Both the position numbers and the translations under genes were made by a program. This document shows positions 25,891 to 39,022 of a stretch of 64,000 nucleotides of DNA, one piece after another. The stretch comes from the human T2T-CHM13v2.0 reference genome, Homo sapiens. Numbering within the stretch: position 1 is the stretch's first letter; every line of letters begins with the position of its first letter. The stretch lies in NCBI RefSeq assembly GCF_009914755.1, contig NC_060934.1. The stretch is one strand, 5' to 3'. The notes beneath the pieces were generated by a model. That model did not search any database, was not told the DNA's origin, and saw only the letters and a program-made list of their open reading frames with translations.

Positions 25891-27560
25891 CTGGAAGGAA
25901 AAACCCAAAGCCACCAGCAGTGGTTCCCCTTTGGAAGGAATGGCAACAGGGAGGCGTCAAGGAGACTGTTTTTCAATGCACGCCTTTTATTCGGCTTCTG
26001 TATATTTCTAATTACTTCTTCAAAATAGCATTTCAAAGTGAAGAAATGGAACGGTGAGGTGGAATCATCGGATGTGATGGGGAAACTGGGTTTGGAGGCT
26101 GGGGAAACATTAGCTTTATAAGGAGAATGGATTTGTGTAGTACTTATGTAAATGAAAAGTAATTGTATTAATTAAAACTAAATAGATCCCACTCTGCTGT
26201 TTTCGCTGGTTGTCCTTGGGCAGGTTTTCTTAACCTCTCTGAACACTAGTTTCCTCCTATCAAATCAGGGTAGTTGTCTCCACAGGATTGTCAGGAAAAT
26301 GAACAGAGAAAGGAGGCGTGTCTCATTTCTGCCTAGCCTGCAGCTGACCTTCCCGAGGACACGTCCCTGCATGACCTGGCTCTCTTCAGGGCAGAGAGAG
26401 ACTGTATCCCTGTCTTCAGATTCTCCAGGGGTTCGAGACCCCAGAAAGGCCCAGACTCTGCACTCCGGCTCCCCCAAGGGTAGTTGGATGTGCTCCAGAC
26501 CCCCAGGCTGAGCGTCATGAAAGACCCTGTGGCCCCGCCGGGTGGTCGGGTTTTTGACCCGGCCGGCCCCTCAGAGGCCCATCCAGTTCGTGCTTGCCCA
26601 ACTGGTGCGCGCTCAGCTCAGGCCAGCTGGTCACCCAGCTCCAATGCCCCTCCCTACCCGGTGTTCCCTTCCCTCTCCCTACATTCCGTGTTAATTTTTC
26701 ATGGCCTCCATCAGAGGCAGAAGGCAGAGAGCTGTTTTCTGCAGGGAGAGAGCAGGCGCTGGAGGGGGAGGAGGGAGAGAGCTGCGTGCTGATTAAACAC
26801 TGCAGAGGCCTAAACAAATGACGGCTCCCTCCCCCAGCTGCTCTGGAAGAGAAACAGGGAGCCTGGCCTGAACTGCAGATGGCCCAGGCTGCTGTCTGTC
26901 CCTCGCCTACCTGGGGCTGCTTCCTAGAGCCGGCAGTGAGGCGGAGCCTGCAGGACCTAGTTCAGTTCTTACAGCCACTCTGTGAAGCAGGCTCCAAGGC
27001 AGAGGGCTGAGGGACACCAGCAAGTGGTGTTGCTGAGAGATGCCGGGCAGGGGACAACAATGCCCTCTCAGAGTAGAAGCTTTAATTAGACCACACATGC
27101 AAAGTGCTCAGAACAGTGCCTGGTCTGAATCAAGTTCTCCATCCATGGCCACTGTCAAGGTTACCTTGTTACACCTTTAGAGCACCGAGGTGAGATAGGT
27201 TTGCATGCAGGCAAAGAAACCAAGGTGCACACGCCTGCCAAGATCACATAGTTCATAACTAGTAGATAAAGCCAGGGCTCCATGTGCCTGACACCCTTGT
27301 AAGAGTCCTTTCTCCTGTCTCATAGGCCAGGGAGAGAGAGCTCAGGGTCAAATCTCCAGAGCTTTGAATGCAAAGGTCAGGGGAGGTCCACAGCAGTATC
27401 AGCGAACGTTTGCCAAGCACATGCTTCTGCTGGCCCTAAGAACTTGCTTATGTCCTGAACCCAGAAGGGGAGAGAAAAGAATGTTTCCCCCCTCATCTTG
27501 TTCATGGAGTAACAGAGCACCTGCATCTTGCAGGCACTGAGCTCATCCCTTGGTCTCGAG

Positions 27561-27751
27561 CAGTGGTTCTCAAAGTGGGGTCCCCAGGTCAGCAGCATCA
27601 GCAGCACCTGAGACCTGGCTAGAAATGTATTCGTTGGCTCCACCCCAGACCCACTGAATCAGAAACCCCACTGGGGGTGGAGCCCAACATGCATGTGTTT
27701 TAACAAGCCTTCCAGATTATTCTAATGCATGGGCAAGATTGAGAATCCCTG
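27561..27751 (+). mobile_element. MER5A hAT-Charlie MITE
   Basis: cagtggttctcaaagtg...cagcagcatcagc...cagacccactgaatcagaaac...gtgttttaacaagc...ttgagaatccctg with terminal inverted repeats. Confidence 0.9.
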
Positions 27752-30700
27752 GCCTGGAGATCCAGGCTGCAGTGAATCATTCAGCCCTGCTCTGGGACCG
27801 CACCATCCAGACATCACCCCAAGTGTGTTACACTGAGTAACAGGTGCAGCCAGGAAGCACCAGATGTAAATGGCATTCTTATAAACCATTTTGATTTTCA
27901 TTGCAACAAGGCAACTGGATATTTAAAGAAACCTCACAGAGAACCATTTCATCAGGTAAAGAATCTTCTACAAAAAGAGAAATTCTCTCATTTCCTCCCT
28001 CCCCTCAGTGTTCTATAAATTCAGTCCCTATCTCAGGTTGTCTTGAACGGCGTGTGCTTGTGCACGACTAAAACCGGTAGCTAGCATGCTAAAAGAGTGA
28101 CATGTATTCTCCAGAATGCACAGGGACCCCTGCAGCTGGGAAGGAGGGCCCAGAGCAATGAATGGAGACCAGTCTGGTGTTTGGGCAGCCAGTGGGCATC
28201 CACTGGGCAATCTGCTGGGGACTTGGAGAGGTTTAATAACAGCCAGGCATATGTGATTTCCAGGGCTGTCAAGCCTCCATACTCTGGGTTTCTCGGAAAA
28301 GGAATGGAACGACCGATTAGGAAGTCAAGACGTAGAAACATGAAATGTGCCAGCCGTCAGCTGCTTCTGCTGGATGAATGGATAAGAGGGAAAACCCTAC
28401 AACAGGTTTTGGGTCGAGAACCCATCTGAAGGTTGTCATCTCCCATAGCACAGGGTCAGAAGGGAGCGCGTAAGTACCACTGCATGCGCCAGCGCAGTGG
28501 CGCAGTGACAGAGATGGTGCCATGCGCTCCTGAGCTTACAACACGTGTTTCCAGAGTGGTCACAGCTGGCGTGGAGCCTGACCTCGTGGCTTCGGTCTTT
28601 GCAGGGTTTAGACCTCAGGTGCACTAGCTCAGAGTTAGAGGAACGAATAGCCTTCTGAGTTTCTTGCATCAGGAACCTGAGAGTCTTGGCAATTAACCAA
28701 GTCAGTCAGGCACTGTAAGCAGGGAAGGGTGGGGTGGAGTCGGGGGTGCAAATGGTTGGAGGTGAGATGGTAGAGTCTGGTCAGCAGAGTCACCCAGCAA
28801 AGCGCAGCCCATCTCAGTTCCTCTCCTGCCCCTTGTTACCACGGCACAGGTCTCCTGAGTCACTCTTCAGGTTTGGGAAGATTTGTGGGTGTTTTCTTTG
28901 TAATAAACAGTGATGCCCTAGGCTCACCACCTCCCCAAGGCTTAGTGTCAGCACCGGGCCCCCAGGACAGAGCCCATACTCTGGATTCATGAGCCCAGGC
29001 TGGGTGGAATGAAGCCACTTGAGAGGTCCTGGGGGTTGTCACTGGCAGGAAAAACCAAGGGCTTGGAATTGGACACTAAGGGTTGAGGTCAAATCAAATC
29101 AAGGGAGTACATGACAAGGTCTCTCGGTGCTCAAACACATGGTCTCTTGCCGTCTGTGAAGTCCGGACAGCCATGATGTGTAGACCCCAGGGTCTTTTTG
29201 ACCCTAGGGAAGGCCCAGCCTCACTCCAACCACTTCTTCTTATGCTGGGTGGGAGAGGACACAGCTAAACTGCCTACACCCACCTGGGAAGGGTAAGGAG
29301 GGGACCTCCTCAGAAAAGTAAATTATGCAGGGAAGAAATTGATTCACATAACCCCTCCTTACCCTTCCATCTCCCTGAGAGCCAGCAACGGGCAGTGATG
29401 TTTAGCCCCGAGGAAAAATTACATGCGGAATGGAAAGCAGGCGCTCAGGGTGGCTCCTGCTGGAATGAGAGCTGGAGTGCAGGCTCCGTGGTTCCTGGGC
29501 ATGCGGGTGTGGCTCAGTTCTCACCTTGCAGATGGAGTGGGACTGTTGACCCAGGCCAGCCTGGGGACTGCCTCCTCACCTCCCTGCGCAGGCTGACCTT
29601 GTCACCTTGCCTCTTGAGCTTGCCTCTCTCCTGCCCAGAGGTCCTTGGAGCAAAATGGAGGTCGAGAGGCATTTGGCACTCACGCCTCACCACGGACACT
29701 GGTGCATTCTTGGGTACCTCTTGGCCTCAATCTATTGCTGGGGGAGGGAGGACTGAGGCCCATTGCTGGGGCCCTGAATGCAGGGACTGTAACCACCCAT
29801 CCCCTTCTCAGGGCACCTCTCCCCTCTCCAGCACGCTTGCTTTGCTATTAGTGCTACCTAATTTCCTACTGAGGTGGTCTAGAGCTCCTCCGCCATTGCC
29901 CTGCCGCCAGCAAATTTTTATCCCTAGGGTAAGATGACAGAGGCCAGCCTTGGCCCTGGCCTGCCACATACTCAGGTGTGCACTGAGGCACAGTATCTAG
30001 TTTCTCCAAGATAGGGGCTGTGACCTGTGACTACCCCACCTCCGGAGGGGCTTGTGAGGGTCTGAGGAACGAGGAAATGTGAGCCAGCCCCTCACAAGGG
30101 CACAGTACATGGTGACAGCTCCTGTGAGCTGTTCTCAGCTAAAAGTGCATGGTAGGACTAAGGGGGCACTTTGCAGAAGCATTTATTGGGGTACCCCCAA
30201 AAAGAAAGGGGGGCATTCCCTTTCTGTGGACAACACCCTCTTGAGCTTGTTTTGGGATGTCTTTGATGGCCCCTGAGTTAGAGATGATAGTGTGAGGTGG
30301 CAGGGAATTTTCTGGGCTGGGGTTTTAGTCTGGCGTCTTATCCTGGGTCCATGCATCCTGCCCAGCCTCCACTGGGTGAGGCATGGCCAAACCGGTTTGG
30401 GAAACAGCACTGACAAAACTAGCCCTGACGGCTCTGAGGTTCCCTGGAGTTCAGTTCCCAGGGTGAGTTCACACGCCTCGAGGCTCCCAGTTCCCAGCTC
30501 CTGACAACCCGGGCAGCCCTTGGGGAGAGGGGGCGGGCGTGCGAGGAGTGTTCCTAGAGGGAGGGACAGGCTGTAGGCCCTCTCTCAGGCCAGACTGGAC
30601 CACAGGACCTGAGAAGGCAGGACCTGCCCAGCACAGGGAAGCAGGTAGGGCAGGGTGAGCTGGGCCGGGAGCCTGCTTGCAGATCCCAGGCCACCTGCAC

Positions 30701-32789
30701 CACCCAACTAGCCAGTCCTCCCTATGCACAGGGCTTCAGCTTGTGTGGGGACCGGGGGTGGGGGCAGCAGAGACGGACAGGGTCACTCGCAGCCCAAGCG
30801 CCAGCAGACAACTCCTTTTTTTTCTTTTCTTTTTTTTTTTTTTTTTGGCCTTTCTTACCCACAAGTGATGGTGATAGAGGTACAGGGAGCAGAACATGGG
30901 AATGATCTAGAAAACTCAGGAGGAGCTGAAACTCAGTTCAGCTTGCTACTGATGGTGCTGAGGCAGCAATACCATCAGTCTGCCGGAGACTGAGATTTTC
31001 CCCCAAGGAAAACCTCTCTGATGTAGGTTCCAGGGGTCAGCTGTCAGGGTCACCAGAGTCCAACTCACAATGCCCCAGAAGTGATGTTTTCTATAACCAA
31101 GGAGAAGGCCTAGCCCCTCAGCAGCCCCAGCAGCTGAGACCACAGGGTGCTCCCCACCCATCCACTCTCCTAGGACCCTGTCACCCTCAGAGTCCTGCAA
31201 GCATCGGCTGTTTGACCTCAGCGAATCCACTCTACTCTCTGGGCTTTGGCCTTGATCAACGGAGCAGCCCAACAGGGTGAGCTCTCTGGAGCCCCTTCCA
31301 TCTGTAATCCCTGCTAGCGGTGTGGAGAGGCAGTCCACCCCAAGTGTGCAGACAGACAGCTCACCCCATATCACCTGCAAGATTGAGAAGAAGTCATGCA
31401 AGGTCAAGACTGGCCTGCGCCCTGAGAAACGTGACCCCACTTGGAGGCCAGGGCTGATTCAGGGGGCCACAGACTTCAGAGAGCAGTGCCCACCCCCTGT
31501 CTTTTACATGTGGCCAGAGACGGGAGGAAGTTGCCCACAGTCACACAGGAGGTTCAAGAAGCTGGGGTTGGCACCAAGTCTTAGGAGTGGGAGGCAGGCA
31601 GGAGGCACAGAGCTGTCTCCTGGGGATATGCCTGCTCTCAGACATGATGTCACAGAATTATGGGCATGAAAGTGGGGCCTTCGCGTACCAGCAGTGGGCG
31701 GGGCCGTTGTCCTGTGGAGTGACTGTTTGAATCACCCCTTCTTGGGCCTGGATTTCCCTTTTGTAAAATACAGGTAGTGTAATCCTTGGCAGGGTCCTAA
31801 TTGGGTCTTGGGAGGTTTGAATGAAGTAGGAAGAACCACACGGCTGGGAGAACCAAAAGGTTGTGTGCTCCCACGGCCCGGTTAGATCCTCATCCACAGC
31901 AGGGTGAGTCGGGCCAGAAGGGGTGCCCCATCTTACAGAAGCACACACATGGCCCTGAGGCTGCACTGATGGTGCGGTGGTCTCGCTAGAGCCAACCCTG
32001 GTCTCCTGGGGCCCAGTAGTCACTGCCCCCGGTCCGAGGACTGTGAGTCTCTGTGGTCATGTGCTTCCTGTGCTATTTCCTCCTGGGAGATGACCCAAGA
32101 GAGCTGGCAGGGAGGAGACCCCTTTTCCTATTTCTGGGGCACCCAGCAGTGACGGGTCTACAGGCAGGAAGTCCAGCCCCAGAGCCCCAGCCTCCAGCCG
32201 GGCAGAGTAACAATTCTGCGGCTAGTTCTGTTCTCAGGGCTCATGAGTCAGACCACTCATTCCTGCTTTGAGTAAATCAGCCAGAGTAGGAATCCTAGTT
32301 CCTGCCCGTCTCCCACCTCCTTCTGGACACAGTGGAATGGGGCTGAGGAGGGGCTTGGGCTCTGCCCACCGCCCAGGCCTCCTATTGTGGAGAGGACAGC
32401 TGCAAAGTCCCCCCAGCCCCTGTACCCACACACTCCAGAGGAGGAAGGGGTCTGCCTAGACCAGCCTCCTGGCACTGCTTGGCCTGAGAGCAGAGTCAGA
32501 AATGAGTGCCTGTCGGGGTGGCCCTGTGAGGGCCTGGGGTGTCTGGATGTGGGCACAGTTGGGTGCTAGGGGAGCACCCAGTCCAGTAGGGAAGGGGGCA
32601 CTGTCTGCCCCAGGGAGCACCCAGTGTGAAGGGGTGGTGTGAGGCTGGGCACTCCTGAGCATCTGCATGATTTTCTTGGAGATGGGTGAAAGAAATTGTA
32701 TTTTATTTGAGCAATTTTCTACAGTACTTAGGTGGAGAAATGGAGCACCCTCTGCATCCCAAGGGAACATGTATACTACAGCAACACTG

Positions 32790-33041
32790 CTAACAGTTTA
32801 TTCCCATGTAATGCTTTCTACATGCCTGGTATTGTACCAACATTCTATGTATAGTAACTTACTTAATCCTCATGGTAATTTAGGTGGTAGGTGCTACTTA
32901 TTATCCCCATTTTGCAGAAGGGAAAACCAAAGCACAGAGAGCTAAAGTAACTTACCCAAGATCACACAGCTGCTACGTGGCTGAGCTGGGATTTGAACCC
33001 AGGCAGCCTGGCTCCAGAGCTTGTGTTCTTGGTCACTCTGC
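32790..33041 (-). mobile_element. MIR SINE, near full length
   Basis: attatccccattttgcag...gtaacttacccaagatcacacagct...gggatttgaacccaggcagcctggctccagagc. Confidence 0.85.
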
Positions 33042-34816
33042 CTCCTGGAGGCAGGAGACAGCATATTACTGCTTTTGGTTTCCAGGTGGGACTCTGGTGT
33101 GAGATGGGCCGTCTCTCACTTGTGTTGACAAAGGGGCCCTTCCTTCACCTCATGGTTCCTCACACCAGGCCAGTGAGCAGGAGAGGTTCCTCTTAGTGTC
33201 TGTCCATTTTAGAGATTTGATGAGGAGTCCAGGCCCGTGTTGACTCAAACCCCTGTGTCTGCTGCACTCTCCCGCCCCTCCCAAGCCCTCACCACCACTT
33301 CTTTTCTGTGCATGGCTATAGAACTTGGGGTCCCAGGGATATTCAGGAGACCCCATTGCCTTGAACTCCCAGGCTTCCCCGGTCCCAGGACCCTGTGTTT
33401 GGGAGCTGAAAGAGGAGGATCAGAGGGTAGGGGAGCACGGCCTGGGCCCAGGAGCAGAAGGAGCAGCACTATCTCCAGGGAGCCCTGGGTGAGATGCTGG
33501 GAACATCTCACTAACATGAACAGCAGCGCCGGCCCCTGAGCAGAGGACGACCAGGGCTGTGGCTGGCCCCCACGCTGTATGAACTGTTGCTGCTGTGAAC
33601 TGCTTGCCTCCTGTTCCCCGTGACTGGGGTGGCTGTGCATGTCATGAAACATGTGTCATGTGACTCAGTTGTAGGTTTTATTTGAGGACAGCACCAGTCT
33701 CTGGACACATTCGTGATGAGATTCCTTTCAGAACCCTGTTTCTGAAGCTGGTTTCCTGCCCCCAGGAATGGGGAGCTGCTGGTAGGTTTAAAGGCCGCTG
33801 AGCGCCTGGTCACAGATGCTGCTCCAGTTGTCCGGGTCTCAGTGTCTGTCCTTCCTTCCCAGTCGTCTCAGCATATTGGGTTATTTCTAGCTGTGATTCA
33901 TGTCAGTGTGTTAGTCATCTGTTGGCTGCATAGCATGTGCTAAACGCCGTGCTGGGTGCCAGGGTTGTAGAAGTGAAGCCCCCAAATCCGATCGTGGCCC
34001 CAGGGGCTCATGCTGTCGCTACGGAGCACCATGGCATTCCCCTGGGTAGTGTGGCCCAAGATTCGTGTCTGCATCCATCAAGCAACTGCCATCTACCAGG
34101 CCCTGTGCAGCCTCTGGGGATACAGATTGGAAAGAGGTAATCAGAATGCATGGGTGGAAGAAGTCCTCTGACCGCGTTGCAGAGGGCAGGTTGGCAGGAG
34201 GCAGGTTTGGAGATGGAGAGGAATGACAGGATGCTGTTGTCATAATTCAGAGGAGAACCGGCAGGGCTGCAGAAGGTGATTGGATTGGAGCAGGCAAGGA
34301 GCAAAGGGAACAGACTGCAAAGATCATCAGGATGTGGTGACCAGCGGGTGGGACAGGGAGGGGCCCGTCTTCCTGAGGCAGCTCGAGGTGCTCCCTGGGA
34401 TTCTAGTGGATGTGGGAGCAGGAACTTGCGACATGTCAGAGGGGAGAGTGTGAGGACCAGTGTGGGGGCCTGGCTCTCCTGCCCCTGACTCAACAGGCAA
34501 GCCCCTGCAGCTCCCATGCCCAGTCTCCCCCGCTGCGGAGTGGCGCCACTCTCACTGCTGCTGCTACTTCAGAGGGTCTTGTGTGGCCTTTTGTAAGCTC
34601 ATGGGATGGAAGCATCTGAAAATGTATCATTCATATTTTTATTGGAATCATGAATCCCACTTGCCACCTGCCAGGGCATGGTTTGAGGATGAGAGGGCCC
34701 TGCTTCAAGATGCTGCTGCCATTGCTTCGCAGGCCTCTTCCTGGGCCCCTCTGAGTGCTGCCCCATCCCTGGGGGTCTCCTGGGTCTCAGAAGCACCCCT
34801 CCCAACACCTCCCCCC

Positions 34817-34817
<1 letters not shown>

Positions 34818-34855
<38 letters not shown>
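34818..34855 (+). repeat. Perfect (AC)19 microsatellite
   Basis: Directly visible. Confidence 0.95.
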
Positions 34856-34857
<2 letters not shown>

Positions 34858-37351
34858 TCTCTGTTCTCCAGCAGCCTTTTAGCTGCTAAGATGCTCTTTG
34901 ATACTTAGGCCTTTGTTTCATTTTGCGTGTGGCTTCCCCAGGCTGCAGTGTGTTCGATGACTCTCCCGCCCAGCCATACATCCAGGCTTCTGTTCCCTTC
35001 TCCAGATGGCCTTTCATCCCTCCCAGCCTCCCCCTGCACCCCACTGCTGCTGTCATCCATTCCTGACCGCCAGATCTTACCAGGAGCAAGCATCCCAGGC
35101 TTCTCACTGTCCGCACCTCCCCTTGCCTGGCTCCATCAGGAGCGCCTCTTTCCCTATGGCTGCTGTGGCTGCCTCTGCTTTCTTGCTCCTTTTCAAGCCA
35201 AGTGCAGCCTGGCGAGGAAGCCTTTCCCAGGTGCCCAGGTGAGCGTACCTGCTCCCCGTGACACCCGACCCGATCGATGCTAACAAAGGCTGGTCACTCG
35301 GCCTGTCTGAACAGTACATGTAGATCCACCCTCCTCACCTGGCACTCAGGCGATTCCTGAACTAGGGCTGCACTCCTCTGCCTCTCACCTCCTCATTTGG
35401 TCAGCCAGTCCTGGGCGTCTGTGCTGCTAGGAGCTACAGGTACAGGGGCAAATACAGGGCCTGTCACTGCCCCTGGGGAGGGCACGCCTGAGCAAGCCAG
35501 GACCAGCTGCCCCGGCATCCTCACTCAGGCCTGCCTCACCCGACATCTGGTTTCATTTTTTCCCCCTAACGGACAGACAGTATGGGGGCTGCTGGCTACA
35601 GGGGAGTTGCTGGAAAGGTCTTGGGGAAGCAGATGTTGGGAAGCTGGCTCTTCCTCGGTGCCTTCCTGCCTGGTCCCCTTCTGATCCTCAGAGCCAGTGC
35701 TTGTTCACTCCCTTTTCTGTTTTAGATGAGTGACCACAGGGTCACTGGCTAGTGTTGGTGCTGCCTTCGCCATAGCATCCTTGGGTGCAGCTGGTGCAGG
35801 GCCCTTAGACATATCCACTGGGTCCCATTTATAGAAGATACCAGCCCTGGTCGCACACACCACTATTTCACATGCCACTAAGAAGGAAGAATGCGCCGCC
35901 GATCATACTATGGCACAGCGCCACTGGAGGACACGTGTTGCTTGTCAGTGATCTTGGTTAAGTCACGGCTGGTGTGGAGTGGGAACCCTGGTGTCCCCGT
36001 GGCTTCCTGGAGACGCTACAAAGACTAGCATAGGCAACAGGAGCATGAGGTCAACTGTCGCTTCTGCTGAGGTCAACTCTCCCTTCTGCTGGCCCCTCAG
36101 GGCTGCTGCTTCCCTGCGGATGTGGCAGTGACTATCTGGATCTTATCTACTAAAAGCCAGGGCCCTAGAGGGGGTCATGGGAGAGGCTGGGTCTGGGTCT
36201 TGGGCTGTTCTGGATCCTGGGGAACTGTCCCCACTACCCCCACAAAAGATGGCCACTATTGAGGGGTTGCTGTGGGAGTCCCATGGGGTGTCCTAGGGAA
36301 AGAAGAAGTAATGCCTTCCCTCCAGGGCCACCGGCGCCTTGCCACCAGCTGAAGCAGAGGCACAGCTGCCTCCAAATGGGGAATTGATTTTTGCTTCCTG
36401 CATCTCAGAGCAGGACACTCGATGTCCTCATTCTACCCCTAGGCGGCTCAGAAGGAGGCAGGGGGAAGGGGCCCTGTGCAACATGTGTGCCAGATGAGCA
36501 CACAGGCCTGCTCATCTACTCAGGGCCCCCACCATCTCCATGAACTTCTGGAGCTTCGTGCCTGCCCAGGCCCTTTGTCTCACCCTCTGCTATGTGATCA
36601 GAAGCAGAGATGCAAAGTCCCAGGACCATCCTGTTGTTCTCTTCTCTACTGAGCGAGGCAGAAACACCAATCGTGGTGTAATGAGCATATGCAGGGATTT
36701 GTGTGCCTGGCTCCCCTGGGCTTCATGGAGGTAACGCGGTCCCATCCATATGGCTACCCTAGGAGATGAGGAAACTGGGGTGCAGGAAGGTTAAGTCACT
36801 TGCTCAAGGTGTCACACAGTAACAGACAACTGGGATCAGGTCTTGGGTGTTGGTTTCAGGCTATGCCTCAGCAGCCTTCACAGTGTTCTGGGATGCGGAG
36901 TTGGATATGGGGTTGCAGGGATTGGTGAGGGTCCTTGGCCCTCCGCCCACCCTGCACACTTGCTGGCTTCTACTTGGATATCACAGGGGTTGGCTTGCAA
37001 CACTAATTTACACCCCATATCCAGTGAAGCAGGCAGCTCCTGTTAAACCCATTTTATAGATGGGAAACTGGAGGAAGCACCATTAGAGATGAGCCTTAAA
37101 GAAGTGCAAGTTCTATAAGGAAAGAGGCATGAAATTGCAGGGTGTCTTGTGGGGCTGGCGCATAGAGAGGTGGGCCTGGAGCCTGCTGGGCAGAGGGGGC
37201 TTACGAATAAGAGACCACCTTCTGTCTGGAAGGCTCTTTCTTGCCTGCTACAAGCAGAGCACACACGGCGCTGAGAGGCTCTTCGTGCTAACTACATGCC
37301 AGACACTTTTAAACACTTTGTAGGTGTTAGTGTCATTCGATAGCACAGTAA

Positions 37352-37680
<329 letters not shown>

Positions 37681-38711
37681 CTAAAGAGTAAGCATTAACA
37701 TTTGGCAGATAAACCGAAGCCCAGAGAGATTGTACTGTTTGCCTAAGGTCACGTAGGTGTGAAGGGAATGAGGTTTCGAATCGAATCCAGACTTTCGGAG
37801 TCCCTTACCCTGAACCACAGGGTTGTAGCTGCCAGCTGAGGTCAGGAGAGATGAGCGCCAAGGCGTCCTCCCAGCCTGCGGAGCTTTGCACGTCATCTTA
37901 AGTGGTTTGGACTCAGCAGTGGGGGCCATGTGCGGTTTCAGCAGGAGTGCTAGCCTCGCCTGCTTCACCGCAGTACCTCCAGAACACACAAGGTGCTCAG
38001 CAGCCAGTTGTTGAATGAACGTTGGGTGAGTGATAGAACACCTTGGTACTGTAGGTTAGAATGGATCGAGGTGAGGGAGTCTGGTCACAAGGATGCAGTT
38101 TGGAGAGGTGAGGGGAGCTCAGTGGGTTCACTTTAGACGAGTTGGGTGGTGCGTGCTTTTACGTTTTACGCTGAGACATTTGAGGAGTGCTTGGAAGTCT
38201 GGATTAAGGCTCAGCATTGGCAGTTCGAGTCTGGGATGATTCCCTGCTGCTGTCCCAGCCCCAGCTGTGGTCACCATGAGGTGAGCTGGAAGGCCCCAAG
38301 GTCCTCGGCACCAGCCCCTGGACAGGCTGGAGAGGATGACAGGGGATGGGGCTTGGTGAGGAGCCTGAGAGCCCAGTTTCTGGGGTGCCTGTACCCAGCT
38401 CAGCACCTGCTTGATAAGAACCTGGTGCCTTGGGTGATGGGGGAGAGGGGATTTGTTTAGGGGTCAGAAGCAGTGCATTTGCAGGTGGTTGTGCCTCTAT
38501 TTCTCCTCCCCCAAAGAAGGCTGTTACCCATCAGAGATCTTGCTGGAGGAGAGGGGGCAGTGGGTACTGCCATAGCTGTACTGTCAGCTTGGCTGACGGG
38601 GGGTGGTCCCATGGGCCTCTGTGGCCAGCTCTGCAGGCCCCCTCCTGACCCTAACCCCCTTTCTGTGGCTGAACCTCTGCTCCCAACAGCCCCTCCTGCT
38701 TCTTGGTTTCT

Positions 38712-39022
38712 TTTTTCTTTCTTTCTTTCTTTCCTTTTTGGAGGGGAATGGAGTCTTGCTGTGTTGCCCAGGCTGGAGGGCAGTGACGCGATCTCAGATC
38801 ACTGCAGCCTCCACCTCCCGAGGTCAAGCAATTCTGCTCAGCCTCCCGAGTAGCTGAGATTAGAGGCGCTGGCTACCACACCTGGCTAATTTTTGTATTT
38901 TTAGTAGAGACAGCATTTCATTATATTGGCAAGGTTAGTCTCGAACTCCTGACCTCAAGTGATCTGCCCGCCTCAGCCTCCCAAACTGCTGTGATTACAG
39001 GTGTGAGCCATCACGCCCAGCC
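38712..39022 (-). mobile_element. Alu (AluS/J-like), full length
   Basis: (TTTC)n tail; perfect 17-bp TSD CCTGCTTCTTGGTTTCT at 38695-38711 and 39023-39039. Confidence 0.95.

Noticed and set aside
28514-28627. Strong-Kozak ATG ORF as an alternative coding first exon
   Set aside because: The nearby donors (28605, 28618) are weak and give phase 2 or 0, whereas the next exon needs phase 1
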